The notes beneath the pieces were generated by a model. That model did no database searches. It saw only the letters and a program-made list of their open reading frames with translations, and was not told the origin of the DNA. From Geobacter sulfurreducens PCA (GTDB lineage: Bacteria; Desulfobacterota; Desulfuromonadia; Geobacterales; Geobacteraceae): a stretch of DNA of 32,000 nucleotides. A program made the position numbers and the translations under genes. Shown here piece by piece: positions 27,282 to 32,000 of this stretch. The stretch spans positions 1,800,001 to 1,832,000 of the forward strand of contig NC_002939.5 of NCBI RefSeq assembly GCF_000007985.2. The letters are read 5' to 3'. Position 1 is the first letter of the stretch. Each line of letters begins with the position of its first letter.

Positions 27282-28253
27282 ATGGGCAAACTGCTCACCC
27301 CGGATGACCTGCCGATTGTACGGGGCAGAGTGTACCATCTCGATTTGGCGCCTGAAGAGTTGGCACGGCGCGTGATCGTGGTGGGGGACCCCGATCGGGT
27401 CCCTGTGCTGGCTGAGGAGTTACTGGCACTAAGAGAGGTGGACCGTTTCCACCGTGGTTTTCGCACCATTACCGGTGTGACCGCTGAAACCGGCCAACGG
27501 GTTTCCTTTGTCACCTCGGGGATCGGCGCTCCATCAACGGAAATTGTCCTCAATGAACTGGCAGCACTCAACGAGGTTGATTTTGCCTCAATGACCCGGC
27601 GCGAGCGGTGGCAACCGTTGACCCTTGTGCGCCTCGGTACCTCCGGCGGGCTCAATCCGGTCACCCCTGTCGGCACGCTAATCCTGACCGACTATGTGGT
27701 GGGCCTGGACAACACCGCCCTTTACTATGACATCCCGTTACCCGATGAGGCCTGCGCCCTGCTGGAAGAGAAGGTTGGCTCTGTCCTTACCGGCACAGAA
27801 CTGCCGGGCGCGCGCTTTGCCGGTAAAATTGCCCCGTATGCCGCTAGGTCCGACCGAGGCCTGCTGGCTTCGCTCACTGCTGCGGCGAGCACCCTGGAGT
27901 TAAACTGGACCCGGGGCCTCACCATCTCCAGTGCGGGTTTCTTTGCGGAACAGGGGAGAGGCGTTGCACGTGTCGGCACTACCCAGGTGAATCTGCTCGA
28001 CGCTTTCGAGCGCCTTGCCAGTCCCTGGCCGGGGCTCGAACTCCAGAACATGGAGATGGAAGCAGGGTTTTTCCTTCATTTTCTTGGAGGGATGAGGTAC
28101 CGTGCCGCCGTGGTGTGTGTGGTGATCAATCAACGTTCGAGTGGTGTTTTCATGGCTGATTACCGCCGTCAGGTGCTGGACGGCGCCCGGCTCATTCTGC
28201 GGGCATTCAAGGAATACGGAGATGCGCGAGCCAAGTCGGGTGCATTGGCTTGA
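27282..28253 (+). CDS. PNP/UDP-family nucleoside phosphorylase-like protein
   Basis: 324 aa. Family-typical VIVVGDPDRV ... FVTSGIGAPSTEIVLNEL ... VRLGTSGG ... NMEMEAG. AAGGGGG at 27270-27276 precedes ATG 27282. Substrate unknown. Confidence 0.8.
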   Translation: MGKLLTPDDLPIVRGRVYHLDLAPEELARRVIVVGDPDRVPVLAEELLALREVDRFHRGFRTITGVTAETGQRVSFVTSGIGAPSTEIVLNELAALNEVDFASMTRRERWQPLTLVRLGTSGGLNPVTPVGTLILTDYVVGLDNTALYYDIPLPDEACALLEEKVGSVLTGTELPGARFAGKIAPYAARSDRGLLASLTAAASTLELNWTRGLTISSAGFFAEQGRGVARVGTTQVNLLDAFERLASPWPGLELQNMEMEAGFFLHFLGGMRYRAAVVCVVINQRSSGVFMADYRRQVLDGARLILRAFKEYGDARAKSGALA

Positions 28254-28322
28254 CCTTTGTACGAAGATTGTTTCACTTGTCAGTGAGAATAGATTGAGTA
28301 GGCAGAGGCGATCATAGGAACC

Positions 28323-28736
28323 ATGGATCTGTGCGAGCAATCGATTTCAGGCAAGCTGCTCCAGGCGCTCGGTGAGTTCAATCGGGGCGACTGGTTCGAA
28401 TGTCACGAAACTCTGGAAGATCTCTGGATCGGCAGCGAGGGAGAGATACGGGATTTTTACCAGGGTGCGCTGCAACTGGCTGTTGCCCTCCATCACTGGC
28501 GCAACGGTAATTTGGGCGGGGCAATGAGTCTCTTGCAAGGGGGGGCAGGCTACCTGCGGCGGGTACGACCGGTCTGCCAACGGGTGGATGTGGCCGGGCT
28601 GATATCCGCCGCGGACCGTCTGCGCGAGGAGTTGAGCCGGCTGGGCCCGGAACGGATGGCCGAGGCGGATCGCAGCCTCTTCCCCCGAATGGTGCTCGTG
28701 GCCGTCCCGGGCGGGGAAGGGCATAGAGTGAAATAA
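28323..28736 (+). CDS. DUF309-domain protein
   Basis: Signature FNRGDWFECHETLEDLW ... FYQGALQLAVALHHWRNGN, typical of DUF309. Confidence 0.75.
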   Translation: MDLCEQSISGKLLQALGEFNRGDWFECHETLEDLWIGSEGEIRDFYQGALQLAVALHHWRNGNLGGAMSLLQGGAGYLRRVRPVCQRVDVAGLISAADRLREELSRLGPERMAEADRSLFPRMVLVAVPGGEGHRVK

Positions 28737-28737
28737 C

Positions 28738-29688
28738 TCAGCTTCCCGCGGTGAATGCCTTCCACCACGCAACTATAACGATAAGAGCGCTGGCCAGTGC
28801 CAACAACGCGTTGACCATCCGTCCCGGCCGACCGCTGGTTGCCAGCCTGAATTCCGCCGCAATGCCGAATCCGATTCCCCAGAGAAATCCGAAAAGGTGG
28901 GCGCCCAGGTCGGTGTGCTCGCCTTCCGTGCCTAACGCGGCCAGCAGGGCCAGTCCTGCGGCGGCGGGAATCAACCCCCGCCGGTTCGGGTGATGGACGT
29001 AGCGCATAGCACTGAGCGCAGCGAAGATACCGACTGCGCCGAAAACTGCAGTCGAGGCCCCCACTGAGCGATGAGCAGGAAGCTGAAAGTAAGCGTTGGT
29101 GAGGTTGCCGAGAATACCGGAGCCGAGCAGGAGCGCCCATGACAAGCCCGCTCCGAGCTCACGGCAGAGGAGGACGGCGATGAAGCCGCCGATGGCGAGA
29201 TTGCCTGCAAGGTGCGAAACATCGGCATGGAGTGTCAGTGCGGTCACGGCTCGCCACCACTGCCCGTCGAGAATGGCAGCTGCATTGGCATTACCGAGGT
29301 CGAACCAGTCGGAGGAAGCGTGACCGGGCAAGGTTACGCCGAACCGGGTAAGATTGTGGAAAATCGCGAGCAGAAGCAGTACTGAAAGGGTGGAGAGGGT
29401 GTTCTCTTCCAATGGGCGAGCCGGTGGTGGGGGAGGGGGCCAATTGCTGTTCTCTTGCTCAAAGAGGCGCACCTCCCTGAGAGCTCGTGCAAAAGCCGAC
29501 GCCGGAACGAGCACTCGCCAGCCGGCGCTGTTCTGCTCCACCCGGACGGGCACGTACCGCGCCTCCAGCACCAGCGCCCAGAGCCGCGCATTCTGTGCGG
29601 TCAGAATGTCGGTGGCGATTCCCGAGTCGGAGGGCAAAGGCAACCACAGATCGGGCAAGGGCATCAGCTGTTCAGAGGTGGTGTACAT
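28738..29688 (-). CDS. rhomboid-family intramembrane serine protease with an N-terminal soluble domain
   Basis: WWRAVTALTLHADVSHLAGN (the HxxxN motif), catalytic GASTAVFG and His in AHLFGFLWG. The start is uncertain: ATG 29688 was chosen, ATG 29664 and the track start at 29757 are alternatives. Confidence 0.85.
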   Translation of the reverse strand: MYTTSEQLMPLPDLWLPLPSDSGIATDILTAQNARLWALVLEARYVPVRVEQNSAGWRVLVPASAFARALREVRLFEQENSNWPPPPPPARPLEENTLSTLSVLLLLAIFHNLTRFGVTLPGHASSDWFDLGNANAAAILDGQWWRAVTALTLHADVSHLAGNLAIGGFIAVLLCRELGAGLSWALLLGSGILGNLTNAYFQLPAHRSVGASTAVFGAVGIFAALSAMRYVHHPNRRGLIPAAAGLALLAALGTEGEHTDLGAHLFGFLWGIGFGIAAEFRLATSGRPGRMVNALLALASALIVIVAWWKAFTAGS

Positions 29689-29821
29689 ACGTACATGGTA
29701 ATCAGTGTCGATCGTTATTGCGATACCTGTTGTCAAAAAAACTTTGGTCAGTCGCAAACGTGTCGGGATATCAAGGCGTTACGCGGAAAACAAGCTGGCG
29801 CTGAGGAGATAGTAACACACC

Positions 29822-30052
29822 ATGATCGAGATTGATGCGGGGCGGTGCAAAGGGTGTGGTAGATGTGTGGCAGCCTGTTCGAGCCGGCTTCTGAGCCTTG
29901 AAGTAAAAGATGGGAAAAAAACAGTGGTGCTCGACTACTCCGAGCGATGCAGCGCCTGTGGCCGATGCGTGACGGAGTGCCCCTTCGAGGCAATCCGCGG
30001 CGGTACTGTCGGCATGCCCGGTGAGCAGAATAAGCGAGCGGAAGGAGGATAG
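29822..30052 (+). CDS. small 2x[4Fe-4S] ferredoxin-domain protein (76 aa)
   Basis: Two cluster motifs, CKGCGRCVAAC and CSACGRCVTECP. Confidence 0.8.
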   Translation: MIEIDAGRCKGCGRCVAACSSRLLSLEVKDGKKTVVLDYSERCSACGRCVTECPFEAIRGGTVGMPGEQNKRAEGG

Positions 30053-30055
30053 GCC

Positions 30056-30364
30056 ATGTATCTCTTCCAGATACTGCTGCCGCTCTACGACAATGACGGC
30101 ACTAATTTCCCCCAGGAGGAATTCGTCCGGGTCCGGGACGAGTTGACAGAGCGCTACGGCGGAATAACCACCTATGTGAGATCGCCGGCAAAGGGGTTGT
30201 GGAAGGATTCAGCCACCACTACCGTGCACGATGACATCGTGATCTACGAGGTGATGGCTGAGCATTTGGACCGGCCCTGGTGGCACCGGTTTCGCGAGGA
30301 GCTCACCGAGCGTTTCCGGCAGGATGTGCTGATCGTACGGGTGAGTGAAGTTCAGCTTCTGTAG
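30056..30364 (+). CDS. hypothetical protein (102 aa), translationally coupled to the ferredoxin gene
   Basis: The ATG lies 3 nt after the ferredoxin TAG, and GGAAGGAGG overlaps the end of the upstream gene. Soluble and charged, with no domain I recognise. Confidence 0.7.
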   Translation: MYLFQILLPLYDNDGTNFPQEEFVRVRDELTERYGGITTYVRSPAKGLWKDSATTTVHDDIVIYEVMAEHLDRPWWHRFREELTERFRQDVLIVRVSEVQLL

Positions 30365-30379
30365 AATGTAACACCGCAA

Positions 30380-30640
30380 TCAGAGCAGACAATCCTTCAC
30401 AAACTCCGCCATCGGACCGCTTTCCCGCGTCACCGCCTCCTGCCGTTCCGCAGGGGGCATCATTTCGTGCAGGAACTTCCTGGCACGCTTGCGACTGCCG
30501 GCAATGGCCTCCGTCATTCGGCAGAGAATGAACGCCGGCAGCCCTGACCGATATCCCTGGACAAGCTTGGCTATTTCGTCCCGCCGTTTGGTATTGCTCC
30601 ATGTCTTGTAGACCTCATTTCCCACATCCTCCAGCAACAT
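30380..30640 (-). CDS. hypothetical protein (86 aa)
   Basis: The ATG is preceded by AAGGAG (revcomp of ctcctt at about 30650-30655). Basic, helical-looking, no recognised domain. Confidence 0.6.
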   Translation of the reverse strand: MLLEDVGNEVYKTWSNTKRRDEIAKLVQGYRSGLPAFILCRMTEAIAGSRKRARKFLHEMMPPAERQEAVTRESGPMAEFVKDCLL

Positions 30641-30881
30641 GATATCCCGCTCCTTTCAGGCGCCGTCGGCCTTGGCGTTTCACGGTATCTGCCGTATACG
30701 GAGTCGCCAGCATACTGCATGAATAGTTAAGCGTCCAATACTTTTCACTGTTCCGGCTAATGATGAAAGGCGCAATCCTTCTTGCGGTTTCATGCTACTA
30801 TTTAATTAGATGAAGGTGTGCCTCCAAAAGGGAGGCCGATTTCAACCGGCCTTCGGGCATACGGGAAGGGAGGTCCTGATC

Positions 30882-31073
30882 ATGGCACGTTTTTATGACC
30901 CTAAAGATGAAACGGATCGTTCCAGTGTGGAAACCGTCCTGAGAAAAGGCGGCATCGAGTATTTTCTCCGTCGAGAAAGAGGTGACACGGGTATGCTGGA
31001 AATCTATGTGGCCGAAGAGGATCTACCTCGAGCGGAAGAGCTTCTCATTCGAGGCAAAGGAGGTAACGAATAG
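30882..31073 (+). CDS. small hypothetical protein (63 aa), possibly DUF2007-like
   Basis: I chose ATG 30882, preceded by GGGAAGGGAGG. The short beta-alpha-beta-like sequence MARFYDPKDETDRSSVETVLRKGGIEYFL... suggests the family, but that assignment is tentative. Confidence 0.6.
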   Translation: MARFYDPKDETDRSSVETVLRKGGIEYFLRRERGDTGMLEIYVAEEDLPRAEELLIRGKGGNE

Positions 31074-31429
31074 TGCGAACAAATAACGGTTTCCCGCGAG
31101 GTAAGAGAATTCGGGCTGTGCTTTCAGTAGTCGTGGTTGCTGTTGCTTTGCTGCTGGGATGCGCGGCCGGTGCCGATGAAGGAATAAAGGAAGGGGGTAA
31201 GAAGGTCGGAGAGGGTTTCAAGACCATTGGCAAGGAGACGGGCCAGGCATTCAAGGAAGGGGGCAAAGAGATCGGTCAGGGCGTAAAACAGATGGGCAAA
31301 GAGGCCGGTCAGGAGGCCAAAAAGACCGGCAGGAGCGTTGGGGAGTGGTTTCGGGAAACCGGCAGGAAAACCGGTGAGGCTTTCCGCGAAATGGGCAGGA
31401 GCATCAAGCGGTTCTTTACAGGTGAATAG
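31073..31429 (+). CDS. lipoprotein whose mature part is essentially seven 11-residue G-K/R-x-x-G repeats
   Basis: GTG 31073 overlaps the upstream TAG by 1 nt (taGtg), and AGGAGG lies 9-10 nt upstream. Signal peptide plus lipobox LLLGC (Cys30). The repeats run to the stop codon. Confidence 0.7.
   Translation: MRTNNGFPRGKRIRAVLSVVVVAVALLLGCAAGADEGIKEGGKKVGEGFKTIGKETGQAFKEGGKEIGQGVKQMGKEAGQEAKKTGRSVGEWFRETGRKTGEAFREMGRSIKRFFTGE
31196..31426 (+). repeat. 7 x 33-bp in-frame tandem repeat (11-aa periodicity)
   Basis: Units start at 31196, 31229, 31262, 31295, 31328, 31361 and 31394, each with GGN-AAG/AGG. They encode GKKVGEGFKTI / GKETGQAFKEG / GKEIGQGVKQM / GKEAGQEAKKT / GRSVGEWFRET / GRKTGEAFREM / GRSIKRFFTGE. 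Confidence 0.9.
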
Positions 31430-31444
31430 GTATATTTTTGCCCA

Positions 31445-32000
31445 TCAATGAAGCTGGACTCCCTTGATCATTTCACCCCCTTCTTCCAAGGCTTCCCGCA
31501 ATGAGCGGTCCGCTTTGTCGAGCAGAATGTGGGGCGTCATTCCCTCTTTTTGCTGGGTTGCGGTAAAACCGGCTACCCCGAAGGCTGCATTGACCTTGAT
31601 CTCTTTGTCGTACAGTTTCAGCGCCATCGACGCAATCCGAATCCGGAGCCTCTTGGCGAGAATCATGGCTCCCGAGGCGTCTGTTTCAGGAAGAACAACC
31701 ACGAATCTGTCGTCATCGTAACGTGCCAGCCAGTCGATGTCCCTGCGGATCGATTCGGCGAGAACGTCGGCGCACCCCTTGAGAGCCAGCTCGCCCGCGT
31801 AATGTCCGTGGGCAGAGGTAATCCCGCTGAAGTCGTTAATCCCGACAAGAATCAGGGACAGTGCCCGTTCATAGCGGTAAGCTCGCTTGATTTCGGGGGA
31901 AAGGCGCTCATCCAGGTAGCGGCGGTTGTAGACGCCGGTCAACGTGTCGATCCGGGAGAGGTTGCCGATCTCTTCCAGGCTTTTTTTCAGTGAGCTTTCC
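31445..32000 (-). CDS. GGDEF-domain protein with a degenerate active site (DDDRF), N-terminus beyond the window
   Basis: The frame stays open to nt 32000 (...LEEIGNLSRIDTLTGVYNRRYLD...), and the track M at 31942 is an internal TTG codon. The GGDEF position reads RYDDDRFVVVLPETD, and RDID (RxxD) is retained 5 aa upstream. Confidence 0.85.
   Translation of the reverse strand, partial: ESSLKKSLEEIGNLSRIDTLTGVYNRRYLDERLSPEIKRAYRYERALSLILVGINDFSGITSAHGHYAGELALKGCADVLAESIRRDIDWLARYDDDRFVVVLPETDASGAMILAKRLRIRIASMALKLYDKEIKVNAAFGVAGFTATQQKEGMTPHILLDKADRSLREALEEGGEMIKGVQLH

Noticed and set aside
27282-28253. The PNP/UDP-family phosphorylase considered as a defence-type effector (Detocs-like), with the divergent 4-TM protein as a partner.
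   Set aside because: The protein has no fused receiver domain, and no dedicated kinase or buffer genes are adjacent. It has ordinary GC and looks like a stand-alone metabolic phosphorylase followed by a DUF309 gene. The association with the membrane protein is only divergent adjacency.
28393-28401. A GGTTCGAAT T-loop-like string that could flag a tRNA.
   Set aside because: It lies inside the DUF309 coding frame (encoding W-F-E-C). No acceptor or anticodon stems can be drawn around it. No other tRNA-like cloverleaf was seen in any intergenic region.

Overview
This is a high-GC 32-kb stretch that reads like core chromosome of a Geobacter-type Desulfuromonadota. My 60-nt spot counts give about 63% GC in acnB. 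I can support 30 protein-coding genes (two cut by the window edges), several hairpin terminators, two sigma70-like promoters, one operator-like repeat and two in-frame coding repeats. I found no rRNA, tRNA, CRISPR array, transposase, integrase, phage or plasmid genes. The gene order is cydB, ferritin-like, REC-GGDEF, ettA, lipoprotein, small protein, pentahaem c / cyt b / Rieske, fbp, acidic mini-protein, sigma54 response regulator, REC-HD-GYP, hybrid kinase, REC-PAS-GGDEF, comEC, REC-GGDEF, hisS, acnB. That order matches my recollection of G. sulfurreducens GSU1641-GSU1660; this is memory, not a search result. The dominant theme is cyclic-dinucleotide signalling. The window holds four GGDEF proteins and one HD-GYP phosphodiesterase. 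One GGDEF is canonical but lacks an I-site, one is canonical with an I-site, one carries the Asp->Ser Hypr signature of the cGAMP synthase GacA, and one is a degenerate DDDRF that keeps its I-site. Downstream of acnB (25.3-31.4 kb) the window becomes a run of small or uncharacterised genes; the two orphan genes at 25.3-27.1 kb sample at about 50-52% GC. I do not see a self-contained, clearly new multi-gene system; nothing here looks like a defence island or a mobile element. The best candidates for under-explored biology, all scored moderately, are: (1) the Hypr GGDEF; (2) the make-and-break c-di-GMP cluster built around one hybrid kinase; (3) an orphan secreted-protein / 4-TM membrane-protein pair with an unusual CTAG-containing tandem operator; (4) a lipoprotein made almost entirely of seven 11-residue repeats and translationally coupled to a tiny upstream gene; (5) the Rieske/cyt b complex with a membrane-anchored pentahaem cytochrome.
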